NCBI RefSeq assembly: GCF_031769215.1
Contig: NW_026782812.1
Location: 62,001-126,000, forward strand
Length of the DNA: 64,000 nucleotides
Source: Ylistrum balloti
Lineage: Eukaryota
Direction: 5' to 3'
Shown here piece by piece: positions 1 through 12,324 of the stretch. The position numbers and the translations under genes were made by a program. The notes beneath the pieces were generated by a model. That model searched no databases. It was given only the letters and a program-made list of their open reading frames with translations, and had not been told where the DNA came from. The stretch's first letter is position 1, and each line of letters starts with the position of its first letter.

Positions 1-115
1 CAGGTTAAACAGTTAAAATTGTTAAATTAAATCAAAGAGTCACAATTGAAGGTCCATCATCACAGGTTAAACAGTTCAAATTGTTAAATTAAATCAAAGA
101 GTCACAATTGAAGGT
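1..115. repeat. 62-bp-period direct duplication (2 copies visible)
   Basis: caggttaaacagtt(a/c)aaattgttaaattaaatcaaagagtcacaattgaaggt starts at 1 and again at 63. Confidence 0.85.
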
Positions 116-2062
116 ACAGTTACAGTTGTGACTATCATCAATTCAGCATTACATAAAATATACATTTAAAAAAGTGATTCTTCAAAACTTTTTCATATAA
201 CTCGATAATCCATTGAAAATGTCTCAATAACTAATACAAACACTGAATAAAGGGACAGTTGAAGTTTTGGGCCAGTTATCTCCCCTACATAATCAATGTT
301 TCTGGTGAGAGACCAGGACATATTGATACCAAGGCCATCTGCTGACTTAGGATAACAGCTTTCCAGTGTGCACAATGCAGTGTAGTTTTAATGGTCATGG
401 GCAGTACAAATGATATTGATTAACTTCCACGAGAAATACATTATTTACAGAAAAGGTCATTATCACAATGAAAAGTTGTTCACTAATTAATTAATTAATT
501 AAATAATTAACTATCATGTGATATGCAGAGAGTATTTCCTTTGATCAATATCAATTGTAAAATCAACATATACAAATGAACATGTACTTTAAAAAAAAGC
601 ATTTCCCTTGCAGGCCTCTAAATGAAAGTAGATATGCAGTCTAGTAACTATGCAAACATGCTTTTACAGGTAGATCTTATTATAAACTAATAGCTGAATT
701 ATTTCTTTTAAATCAAATTTCAGAAAAGTTCCATCCATCAATTCTAAGTCTCTGAATTTCTCAAACCCTTGATCTGTTAGTCTCTATGTTTGTTTGGATT
801 TACTGATACACAGAGAGTAGAAAGTAATTTTAAATTTCCAGTCTACAAAATAATGTCCACATGAAGTACACATATTTCAGGACGTAAATGTTATATGGCA
901 GGATTTAACAAAAACACCCCAAAAAACAAGAAACAATCCAAGGGAATTCCATACATAAAACATTACATTCCATAATAATAGGTTATGAACTTGTAACAGT
1001 GAGAAACACCAAATAACACAGTGTTAACTAATGTCATTGTACTACTGGATGTCAGTTTCCATGTACATTGGTGAATATTATTATAGCCTTGTCATTCTCT
1101 CTCTGCTTTAATTTGTTCATCAATTAATTAAATGGAATCGAAAAGTGTATGAGGTTTGATTTTGAAATCACATTCAAATTTCCCAGTATAATCATCAAGA
1201 ATCTTTCTATTAAAAGATTCTAAAATGTAATGCAACGCCTTCTTTTCAAAAATAGCATAATTGACATGGCTTTAATTAGATATACATATTCTGTGACATA
1301 TCTGTGGGACTATACAGATGTACATAATCTAGTAAATGTCCCCAGCAGTGGTATGTTCTTACAAAGTACAGTGTATTGGAAATCAAACTGCATACATATG
1401 TATGAGTGACACCATGTGTTTCACGTCCTATACATGTAGTCCAGCCTACCTACAGTAACAGTACCATAACAGTGGTGACACCATATGTTGTAAGTCAAAG
1501 GCTTATACATACGACTGGAGAGTTTCTGAACTGTTAATCCTGTGGTGAAATTTGATGTATATGGATTCAAAGGGAAATTTAAGAAACTATATCACTTTTT
1601 CATATAGAAGAAAATTTGAACTTCTTCCTTTGGATACAGTAAGTAAAGAGCACTACTGTATGGAAAATAATGCAAGGTATTTTTAAAGAGCTTTTTTAAT
1701 GTGAATTCAAAATGATACAAGATATTTACAATGGTTTACATTTAGCTGAACATTTTGTCTGATATATAATAAAAATTATCCTGTGACAAAACTGATGTGA
1801 GGTGAATTCTCGAACTTCAGAAGTAATAAATGGTTGATTGGTGATTAAGGAGCATCAATATATGGATAGTTCACCAATACTGGATATATGTATTACATCA
1901 GTGAGAAGTTGCTGACAATAAAAGAGCACTTGTTACCAAAACAAATCAATAAAGACATATACTATAGAAACATTCCACAATCGTTCTGATGAATAATAAC
2001 GTTCCTTATTAATTATTTACACCAAGGAAGCCTAATTATTGACAGTTTGATTATCTCAGGAG

Positions 2063-4288
2063 ATGGCCAGTTGTTTTCCGTCGGACCTAACACGCTGTGC
2101 GATCTGTCTGGGTGATCAGAACTTGCCCAGAGCTCTACCTTGCCTTCACTCCTTCTGCGAGTCATGCCTGGAGAAGCATGTGCAGACCTCATATATCGCC
2201 CCTAACAATCTATTTCTCCATCAATCACACAAATCATTTCCATGTCCAACTTGCAGGAAACCAACAACAATGCCAACCAATGGAGTACCAGGTTTTCCTA
2301 AAGATTTTCGGATTATTGAATTCAAAGAAGCATGGAGGTCTTCCAAAGAGCTGGATGGTAGTAATGCTCCAACATGTGATATGTGTGGGGAGAGAGTTCC
2401 TCTTAAGACGGCTGAATCATTTTGTGTTGATTGCTGTAAATATTTCTGCATTCAATGCAGCTCACGCCACAACCAAAGCTCTGTGTTGAAATCACACATC
2501 ATGGTACCTATAACCAAAGATCTCACTGTCAACAGCTCCAAAACAAGCTGTTGTCAACACCATAAAATGGAGGCCATCAAATTTTACTGCGAGAGCTGCA
2601 AGACTGGGATATGTGTCAAGTGTCTCCTTGGTGATCACGGTAAGCACACTGTTACTGATATAACAACAACCTTGAACTCAAAAAGAAATGACCTTAAACA
2701 CTGTATCCAACACATACATGACCAAATATGGATTTTGCAAGATATACTCTTTAATCTTACTTGTCTTGAAGGTCGGATCAAAGGCAAATATGAGGAAACA
2801 AAACTTCATATGAAAAAGAGTTCTCGAAAACTTGTGAACAAAATTTTTGGTGCAGAGGTCAAGCTTTTGTGTGAATTAGATGAGGAATATCAAAGACAAT
2901 CAGATGATGTGTACAGACGTAAACAGCAATGTAGGACACATCTGGAGCAGTTCAAAAGCTTGCAGTCACGACTAGATGGTATTCTGAAGGTAGAGGATGT
3001 TGATAAAGTTCTAGAGAACTATACAGATATTCTGAATGAAGTTCATGAAATAAACATCACAAAACAATACAAATCAAAATTCCTGAAACTTCCAGAAACA
3101 TTGGAGTTTGTACCTAATGGAAGTGTATCAATAGGCAAACTTACACTGGTACCTAATGATATTACAGGGCGTCAAAGAGCTTCATCAAGACATAGATTAA
3201 CAAGATCAACAAGTGGACAAGTCAATCAAGCGCAGCAGCAACAGTCAGGAAAATCATCATCTGGTCGAGGTTTTCAACAAAAAGTGGAATCATCTTTCAA
3301 AAGTGGCCATCAAACTGGCAGAAATTCTCTCAGTAAAAGTCAACCAGTATTAGTTCACTTGAATAACCCTGATCCTCAACTGGCATCAAGCATCTATGAC
3401 CCACTCAGATATTGTGAGAAGGCCTCGTCTAATTCTGAATGTGTTCCTGCCGGGAAACTTGTGTATACCATTAATACTTCTGGTGCAGGGCGGGGACAGC
3501 TCAGTCTTCCATTTAGTGCTACGTTTGACAAAGACAATCATCTGCTTGTTGCAGAGAATGGTAACGGACGACTCCAGATATTTGGTAACTATGGACATTC
3601 GGTAAAGATCATAGGACTGCCTGGCTGTGTGCCAAGATGTGTGACCATGACCACTGATGGCACTGGGTATGCCATCACAGATGAGGAATCCAAGTGTGTG
3701 AAAGTTGTATCAAAAGATGGGATACTCATCAAGGAAATCCATACAGCTGGCGATGCCTTCCCATTCGGAATTACTACATTAGATGTTGATAAATTTGCCA
3801 TATCAGATATTATTTATGAATGTGTGTCTATCATTTCAATAAATGGCGAAAAAGAAATACGATTTGGTTCCCATGGGAATATGTCAGCCATATTGGAAAA
3901 TCCTTCTTACCTAACAACTAACTTGTATGGCAATATCCTTGTGTCAGATTCAGGTCACCATGAGGTGAAAGTCTTTGACAGGTTAGGGAATTTTTTATAC
4001 AAGTTTGGAGGATATGGTACTGCAGGCGGACAACTTAGGTACCCGAAGGGTATTGCTTGTGATAAGAATGGCTTGGTGTATGTGGCTGACTCTGGTAATG
4101 ACCGTGTGGTGGTATTTTCTGAGGTAGGTCTTTATTGTGGCGTGTTGGTAGGTCGGGAGAATGGTATAAAGCGCCCAACTGGCCTAGCCTACTGTCCCAG
4201 GGGACTCATCGCAATAACCATGCCTGACAACGATGAAGTCAGTGTGTTCGAGCTGACAAATTCAATACCAAGGTCGGTGACACCCTGA
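2063..4288 (+). CDS. TRIM-NHL E3 ubiquitin ligase-like protein (RING, 2 B-boxes, coiled coil, NHL propeller), 741 aa, single coding exon
   Basis: RING CAIC...PCLHSFCESC...CPTC; B-box1 CDMC...FCVDCCKYFCIQCSSRH; B-box2 CQHH...FYCESCKTGICVKCLLGDH; helical coiled-coil segment; C-terminal NHL repeats such as FGGYGTAGGQLRYPKGIACDKNGLVYVADSGNDRVVVF. An acceptor-like ttatctcag lies 3 nt before the ATG, suggesting a 5'UTR intron. Confidence 0.93.
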   Translation: MASCFPSDLTRCAICLGDQNLPRALPCLHSFCESCLEKHVQTSYIAPNNLFLHQSHKSFPCPTCRKPTTMPTNGVPGFPKDFRIIEFKEAWRSSKELDGSNAPTCDMCGERVPLKTAESFCVDCCKYFCIQCSSRHNQSSVLKSHIMVPITKDLTVNSSKTSCCQHHKMEAIKFYCESCKTGICVKCLLGDHGKHTVTDITTTLNSKRNDLKHCIQHIHDQIWILQDILFNLTCLEGRIKGKYEETKLHMKKSSRKLVNKIFGAEVKLLCELDEEYQRQSDDVYRRKQQCRTHLEQFKSLQSRLDGILKVEDVDKVLENYTDILNEVHEINITKQYKSKFLKLPETLEFVPNGSVSIGKLTLVPNDITGRQRASSRHRLTRSTSGQVNQAQQQQSGKSSSGRGFQQKVESSFKSGHQTGRNSLSKSQPVLVHLNNPDPQLASSIYDPLRYCEKASSNSECVPAGKLVYTINTSGAGRGQLSLPFSATFDKDNHLLVAENGNGRLQIFGNYGHSVKIIGLPGCVPRCVTMTTDGTGYAITDEESKCVKVVSKDGILIKEIHTAGDAFPFGITTLDVDKFAISDIIYECVSIISINGEKEIRFGSHGNMSAILENPSYLTTNLYGNILVSDSGHHEVKVFDRLGNFLYKFGGYGTAGGQLRYPKGIACDKNGLVYVADSGNDRVVVFSEVGLYCGVLVGRENGIKRPTGLAYCPRGLIAITMPDNDEVSVFELTNSIPRSVTP

Positions 4289-5420
4289 ACACAAGAAACA
4301 TTCAGAAACTGGAAAAACATTACTTGTTAAGGAATGTCACTTACATGTAATAATATTTGCCAAAAGCATTTATAGTGATCAATGTCAATGTATTTGTCAT
4401 TTCCAAGATTCTCTCCTCAAGGTGACCTGAATCAGTGTATCTAATAACCGAGATGTGTGTTGTGACACCTGTCTGTTCTTAAATGTTACGACTAATCATT
4501 ATCAGTACTCAAGAATGATTAAAGTGTCTTTCTGGTGGTTTTACCTTAAGGATAAAATCTAAAATGAAACTAATATTAAAGGAATGGAACATGAAGTGGT
4601 CCTTTAGAATTAATAAGTTCAACTGTCTGGTAACCAGATAATTGGATGTCTGAATCAGTTTAGTAAAGATGTTTAAACTGTATTAACTTAACTACATTGT
4701 ACCTATTTCATTCCCCCTTTACAGCCTATGTCCTACTTGTGTTAAAGATTTTGTGTTGACCCCTGGGCTTATTACAGGATAAATACAATAATTGTGGTAA
4801 TTTAGATGTTAATTTTCATACAGCTTTCAGAATTATTGTAAAAAAGACTATGTCAAATTCACTACTTAAAGTTACATAGTCCATAAGAACATAAAAAAGC
4901 AAGAAAATCATTGAAAAACACATGAAAATTCATTGAAAATTGATGAAGGTAAAATTTAATGACCATGAAAATGTCATTAAAAGATAGTTGCATGTTAATT
5001 TCATGTCCTTGACATTTCTTTACAGATTCAAGGTTATTCCTCTGATTACAACATTTCAATGACACTGAACATAATTCATGGCTCTAAATATTGTTACAAG
5101 AAAATTGAAATTTTTTGTCACTGGTAAATTGCTCACACATGCATGTCCTGGCTCTTCCATTGATTTTTAATGGGTATTGTTGCATGTCACTACTTTTTAA
5201 AACAATAGTCATTGACCTGTTTTCATAGTTTAATGAGATTTTTAATTTTTTTTTTTTTTTTTTCATGGCATATGTTTGTCCAGAAGTGCTTGTTAGTTGT
5301 AAAATGTCTTAAGTAAATGAAATAAAATAGTTTGTTCACTGTACTTATCCTTCAATAAGCTTATGAGTGGCATCTCTTTACTGTATACTCATGTCAGGCA
5401 ATCAGAATACTACATGACAA

Positions 5421-5640
5421 TAAATTAGTCGAGGAGTGGGAATACTATAGGATATAAATTATTCTAGAGGTGGGTATATTTCAGGACAAAGAATTAGCCA
5501 TGCTGTTGGAATATTAAAGGGCAATAAATTAGTCTTGATGATGGAATATCACAGAACATTAAATCAGTCTGGTGTGGAAACATTAAAGAACACTGAATTA
5601 CTGCAGTAGTCTTGTGTAGGGAATATTACAAGAAACTTCA
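5421..5640. repeat. Degenerate ~34-35 bp tandem repeat, about 6 copies
   Basis: Recurrent taaattagtc...ggaatat..a(g)gaca-like units starting near 5421, 5455, 5489, 5525, 5560 and 5594. Confidence 0.55.
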
Positions 5641-5843
5641 AATACTTGTGTATCAAATTTTAGTTAACAACAACACATGAAGGTAGTACTGATACCATAT
5701 ATGGGCTTATTGCAGGATAAATATGGTAGCTAACTTGTAATATTTCAGAACTCAAATAGGTGTGCCTGACTTTATCAATGTATATCTTTTATTGAATGGA
5801 GATTGTGTAGCAGTACAGCTGAAGGATATAAGTATTTACCTAC

Positions 5844-8800
5844 CAGACCTTTGTCCTGACATCTGTTACACTGACAGGTAAAATAATACTGCTCCTGCAG
5901 CTGTTTCTGTCTCTCCTCTATTGTTTCCAGCTGGTCCACATAGCTTATACAAATCTACAACAAAACAAGTGTTTAAAATAATTTAAATCTCCCTACATTA
6001 AAATAACATATAAATTATCGTAGTTGAAAACCTCTCTATTCAATTACAATGGAAAATTTTATATGGAACAGTTTTCGTTTTCACTAAACTTTAATATCAT
6101 ATATCTTATAGATATAGTGAGTGGACGAAAAACCTCATATATAAAAAATGGATTGAGAATGTAAAGAAAATGATACTACATAAGACATATGCTAAGTATT
6201 TAGATAATGGACCAATTATTGATGGGACAGAGTGGCGGTCAATACCAATATAGACAAATAGACACACACTGGCTACAATATTTATGTGGCAATAAGTCTG
6301 TGTCTGGTACTAGATCCACCAATGTATTTATTGCTGTTCAATAGAATGTAACCCCGCAACCCAGGATTTTTTTTTTTGTCCTGATATAAGCCCGCCTGCT
6401 TACCATTATTTAGAGGTAATCTGACAGCCCTGTAACATGATATATGTAACAATGGTAACAAGAGTTATCAGCCCCTGAAATAATCTTGATAGCCAAGAAA
6501 ACCTCTGATTATATATATTGGGTGATTCCCCTGATAAACTTACATTGGCTGGAGATGGCTCAAGTATATTCTGGGTAGCCCTTACTATCAGCTTCGTGCC
6601 TTGGAATGTGGCTACAGCATTAGGCTCACAACTATGGTCCAGCAAGGATGGACTTGAAAAAAATGTATCAACATTTATACGTTTACTGTACTTTTATATC
6701 AAAAAGCAAATACTAAACACTAACATATTGCTATAAAGTATATAGTTCGTACCGACACAAATGATTGAATTCAGCTATGTCATAAATGTTTAGTCCAAAC
6801 CAGAATGAAAACAGTTCAAGATTTTACCTTTGCCCTTGACCTGTTATATAAAATTTTTATTACATCCATCATGGGATGGTAATCAATACACTATATGGAT
6901 GTGGTGTCAGAATATTTATGTTTTATACTTACTTACTTATATACTTTATATTTATTGTTCTATCAGTCATGTATACAGCCTGTAGTCTAATCTTTCATTA
7001 GACTTTTTGTCAATGTATCAATGGACTCCTTGCCTAAGAATAGGTTACCATGTATTACAAAGTAAGACAAGGACTCCTTGTCTAAGAATAGGTTACCATG
7101 TATTACAAAGTAAGACAAGGACTCCTTGTCTAAGAATAGGTTACCATGTATTACAAAGTAAGACAAGGACTCCTTGTCTAAGAATAGGTTACCATGTATT
7201 ACAAAGTAAGACAAGGACTCCTTGTCTAAGAATAGGTTACCATGTATTACAAAGTAAGACAAGGACTCCTTGTCTAAGAATAGGTTACCATGTATTACAA
7301 AGTAAGACAAGGACTCCTTGTCTAAGAATAGGTTACCATGTATTACAAAGTAAGACAAGGACTCCTTGTCTAAGAATAGGTTACCATGTATTACAAAGTA
7401 AGACAAGGACTCCTTGTCTAAGAATAGGTTACCATGTATTACAAAGTAAGACAAGGACTCCTTGTCTAAGAATAGGTTACCATGTATTACAAAGTAAGAC
7501 ATATCGCTTAAACCTCTAATATCACATACACCTTGCATGTGTAGTATAGATACAATGATGTACAAATGAACAGTTGAATACACATGTAAAACTGTGAGGA
7601 TAATTGTCAATGTAACAGAAATCAACGAGTGTTATTTATGGTAGCTTCCCAATTCATATGCATATTTTATGCATTATGAATGTAAATACATCTGTACATC
7701 CATGACATATTATACGCTACGTGAAACTTCTCACATTTTCGTTCATTATGGTTGAGTTAACCTTTCCTATTACCAAGGTAGGTTGTATGTGTGAAAAAGC
7801 TAGGATTCTTTTGTATCTGCTTCAAACTATCCTTTTCTGTATAGTAATAAATTCATAGCATTAATGTTGAACTTCAATTTGTTCAATCGGTGGGAATATC
7901 TTGGTTTGTTCTATGTTACCAGTGTGCTTGATTGGTTTAATGTTATATGATATTATGTTTAGTCAAATTATTAACTTCCACAGAATATTTGTATAACAAG
8001 CTTTATAGATGTTTCAATAAAGTATAGGTATATATAATTCAAATCAATTTTCTTGCATTATATGTGTACTTTAAACTGATACAGTGAAGGATAAACCAGT
8101 TACCTTCAACAGCATTACATCAATCATTTATGTAGAATCTTGTCTACTACTTTACCAATGAATACTCCCACTGTGATGAAAAATTATTTCTGTAAATTTC
8201 CCAAATGATGAACAAAACTACAATTCAAATGCTACTGTCTGATTTCTCTTTTGTTACCATAGATATGCAGAATACAAACACATTTCAGTTTCACAGTCTC
8301 TTTAATACCTTCTGAACAAGTATTTTCTAAGTACAGTGACTTGAAAGATTTATCAAATATTTAATTATCAATATCAGGGAAGCTGCTATACCTATTTGTC
8401 TTTGTAACATCACCACAAATCTTACACACTAAAAATAATATCTGGCTAGGTAAGGTTTTGACATTTTGTGAGGCTTTTTTTAAGGGAATGCAGTAGTGCA
8501 AATCATTGAATAGGTGCATCATACAACTGTTACTTCTTTCAAGGGATCCACAGTGATTTCAAGTGCCTCAATTTTTAACTTTTAGAAGAGGATGAAGAAA
8601 ATCCAAACTAAGATCAAAAGAAATGTCAAAAATGAGATGGGTAGGAGTACCTACCAGCATCATTAAGTAAAAAACATGACAGATTTCAGAAGAACACAAA
8701 CACTGTACCATGTTTATATTCTGATCCCTGCCACTATTTGAAAGAATAAAAAGTTACCATACAGGTTATGGCAAAATCAGGGGCTAAATGTCCACTAGCA

Positions 8801-11800
8801 GTGTGCACCACTTGCAATCTCTAAAACTTAAAATCTCGAACTTACTGTATACAAATATTTACAAGAACAACATGCAGTTATTACAACACATCCTACCTGA
8901 GGTAGATAGCCACACCAATGGACTGCATTTCTCCATCACAAACTGTGAAGCTGTTGATTACCATCTACAAAGCATAAATCCTTACAAATTCAGTTCATAC
9001 TGTATAGCTGCTTATTTTTCAATGACAGGTTAACAAAATGAGCAGGACGCACTTTTTGCAAAAGTCAATGATAGAGTTACAATTTTCCATCCTTCTCAAT
9101 CTCAATGTACACATATTTTTCATGGTTTTATTCAAATATTTAATTCATTTAAATGTAACCCATTTAAAACACAACCTCTATAATAACAGTTTAGCTATGA
9201 CTGACATAAAAGCTACAAGTTACAATACACATCCATACAAATTTAATTGACATCATTATAAACAAATCCCTACAGAAAATATCATTACCTTTCCAAATAT
9301 TTCTAATAGGTCATCTGCAGGAGGAAGGGTAGTGTCTCCAAGAAGTTTTCTCAATGTAAACACAATCTTGGACAGCTGTTCCATTCTGTTTTTGTCAGAC
9401 TTGATCTCATCTGAATCTGTGAAGGGAAAAAGGAAAATGTAAATTAAAAACCCAAATATACGCAACTTTCACTAAAAACACGAAGAGAAAATATAACCTA
9501 TTTACATTCATTGTATACAGATATAACAAAAATCAACTTATTTGAGAAATACTCAAGATGATATCATGCATTGGTATTTATATATAAAAGCTGTTGATAT
9601 CAGATATTCACTTTTTATAAACATGTCTCCATTTGCGATCTTTGCTAAACCTAAGTTGGAAAATCTATTAGACAATTCTGTGAGAGGTCGGTATTTACTA
9701 TAAACACGTGTATTCAACCTGTGATATGATGTCATGAAAAGCATGCAGGATGTGTGACATCTCATTTTACCTGTAAACACACGTTCCACAATTGTATGCA
9801 GATTGGTCATGTTTATTTTTGCATGCTGGCCTTCTGAATTGCATATAACATTGGCTTGTACCTTAAGTGAGATTGACTTTTATTAAATTTTATTTGTTTT
9901 GATAACCGTTTCATAACAGATACAATTCAGCTTCTCTTATCTTTGAATAATTACCAAGAGGAAGTTTTCCCAGAAACTTTCTGAATATCATAAATTTCCC
10001 AAACGGTGTATATATTGGGGATTTAAAATGTTCTCTAATTAATAAACTACATTGTGAATAAAGGCAGAATATATAGTATCGAAAATTAACAAAGGGCTAT
10101 AACTCTCAGAAACCTCAATTTCATCTCACAGACTTCATGGTTAACAGCTCATTTACATGAAAATTATTGAAAAAAAAACGTCAAATTTTAAAAACATTGT
10201 GTGGTTTATCTTTCGTTTTTACATTGGAAAAATTATCATATGGCAATGGAAATACATTGTAGTCAACAGAAACAGAATGGCTTTCATGTGTTTTATCTAT
10301 TACATTTCATGTACACCAGTTCATGTATAGAAAGAGATGTCAGCAAAGCAAATTGTGCTCCATACAATCAAAGAACACCTTAAGATATAAGCACATTATA
10401 ACTTACGTGATTGGAATTTGGAGAAGTCTCTCCAACCAATATCATTTTTGACAGAGTTTCCATTGTCACCAACCTGAAAAAAAATAGAAAATATATATAT
10501 TTAACCTAAGTACTAATTTGACAAACACTTGAAATTTTTGATGAGAAAAGGATATTTTAGTTTGAGATCACCTTGAACAGTTTCTGTTGTGTAAAAATCA
10601 ATAAAAAAAAAGCAGGTAGACATTTGATGTATGTGTTACATATTTCAGGTAAGTTTGCAAAAAATCAATATTTATGGCTATTTGAATGACTCAAACATGC
10701 TTTGGATGAAATATACAGGGTTTGCATACAAAAAAGCAAGGTACAAGCACACATAGAAGCATCTAGTGAGCTGTATGAAAATTAGCAATACTGAGCACAT
10801 TGGAAACTTATACTTTCCAAGCTAATTTCACAGAAATTATAATATCAATTACTTTTCTTTAAGAAAGACACTGCTTTATTCTGGTTTCAAAAGACCACCA
10901 TGAAATGAAGTGAAGAATTATCTGTGAAAATGATGAAATATATATACACATACTTATAATAATATAACAATTATCAAATATTTAGTTCAACCTAAAATAA
11001 ATTCACTTTGTCACTCCTGTTTGGTAATGTAGTTCTATCATTCATATGGTTTCTTAGAAGCTGTACAAAAATACACCTTTGTAGACAAATGCAAGCTATC
11101 TAAATAGTATACATAAATTTAAGGCATTGGCAGTTGTATAAAGTACTAGGGATATTACTAAATAACTACCAATTCTGTTATATCAGTTGTACCTTTTGCT
11201 TTAAGAGAAGTTTCAACATTAGGCGGACACTATCCAGAGGCACGTCAGGAAAAACTCTCTTTAGACAAGGACATTCCCCCTTGTGTGATGTCCAGTCCAC
11301 TTTCTGTAAAAAAAAAAACAACAGAAAATATTGTACAAGGTATATTTATAAAAGAACTGGTTTGTTTCGAAATCTTTCATGATTCCATTATAAACTGACA
11401 ACAAAACAGTTAAAAACACCAAACTTCCTAGGCATTAGCATTACTATAAGAATTAATACCCTGCAGTTGAAGCTGACACGTCAAACTGTATCCATGTACC
11501 TTAAATTTTACCCTCATCAATATGGGTAGAATACCAGTCTGGAGTTTTGATGTTCAGAGTCTGATTTCACTGAAAGTTTCTCTCCATTACAAAAGTACAT
11601 AACTTTATGTCCATTACAGTATGTAAGCCTTGCTACATGTACAGTAGTAATCTTGTCTCAAAAAGAAACAAAACAAGACAAATAAAAAATGGAAAAACAA
11701 ACAAATAATAATGCCCAGTATGACATTATTTAATGATTGCATTATTGTTCCAAGATATAACAAGAAAAATAATCAAAAAGAGGGCAAAAACAAATTACTT

Positions 11801-12324
11801 TAATAAATGCTAAAATCAATCATTATAGCTATCACCTTTGAAGTGACTGGATTTGTTAAAAAAAATTCATCCAATCACTTGTTCAGGGGAAGAAACTTAC
11901 CTGGCACACTGCGTTACAATATCGCACTACCTTACACACAGTACATCTTTTGAGATCCTCACCACTGCAAAGAAATTTTGAATCGGTCATATCATAGTAA
12001 GAGTTATATCCCTTAGTAAAATTTGTAATGATAAATAAAACACGGTGAATTATGATTTGCAGTCACATATCCAAGCTTCAGATTATTAAGAATTATTAGC
12101 CCTATGATGATAAGGTTGATTAAGTATGCAGTTGGTGTCTATTTCATCAAGAAAGTACTACCGGTACTGAGTTAGGTAACGCATTATTTAGCTGTAGCTA
12201 TAGACAGTCGTGTCAAGATATGTTACCTTTCGAAACATGCATCACATCTTCTGCCTCGTTCCTTATTTGATAAGACGTGTACATACGGCTCTGACTGCAG
12301 AAGTATATCACCTTTTCGTTTCAT
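5844..12324 (-). CDS. SMYD3: SMYD3-like SET and MYND domain lysine methyltransferase, exons 1-8 (252 codons; 3' part not found in window)
   Basis: Minus-strand exons with GT-AG boundaries and consistent phase: 12324-12227, 11964-11901, 11303-11193, 10473-10407, 9416-9289, 8964-8897, 6652-6544, 5954-5844. Translation gives MKRKGDILLQSEPYVHVL...CDACF...KRCTVCKVVRYCNAVCQKVDWTSHKGECPCL (MYND finger), MVINSFTVCDGEMQSIGVAIYL, LDHSCEPNA (SET) and ISYVDQL...QYYFTCQCNRC (post-SET). The last exon ends in a GTAGGT donor. Confidence 0.9.
7023..7500. repeat. 48-bp minisatellite, about 10 near-identical copies, in SMYD3-like intron 6
   Basis: Unit gactccttgtctaagaataggttaccatgtattacaaagtaagacaag repeated head to tail; the ORF track shows the matching 16-aa periodicity. 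Confidence 0.97.

Noticed and set aside
193-375. 60-aa ORF as a further SMYD exon
   Set aside because: No similarity to a SMYD C-terminal domain and no fitting splice sites. It overlaps an agggagataact-type motif that recurs near 10092, 12621, 16556, 31784 and 44531 and looks repeat-derived.
4860-5290. Possible CACTA-like element with catgaaaa repeats
   Set aside because: The putative termini (cactactt / cacttctg) match too poorly to call TIRs, and no TSD was found.
7023-7500. CRISPR-like array
   Set aside because: Repeats are head to tail with no unique spacers, there are no cas genes, and the context is eukaryotic. The same applies to the 84-, 94- and 26-bp arrays.
6987-7625. 212-aa and 170-aa ORFs
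   Set aside because: Products of the 48-bp tandem repeat, intronic, with no domain.
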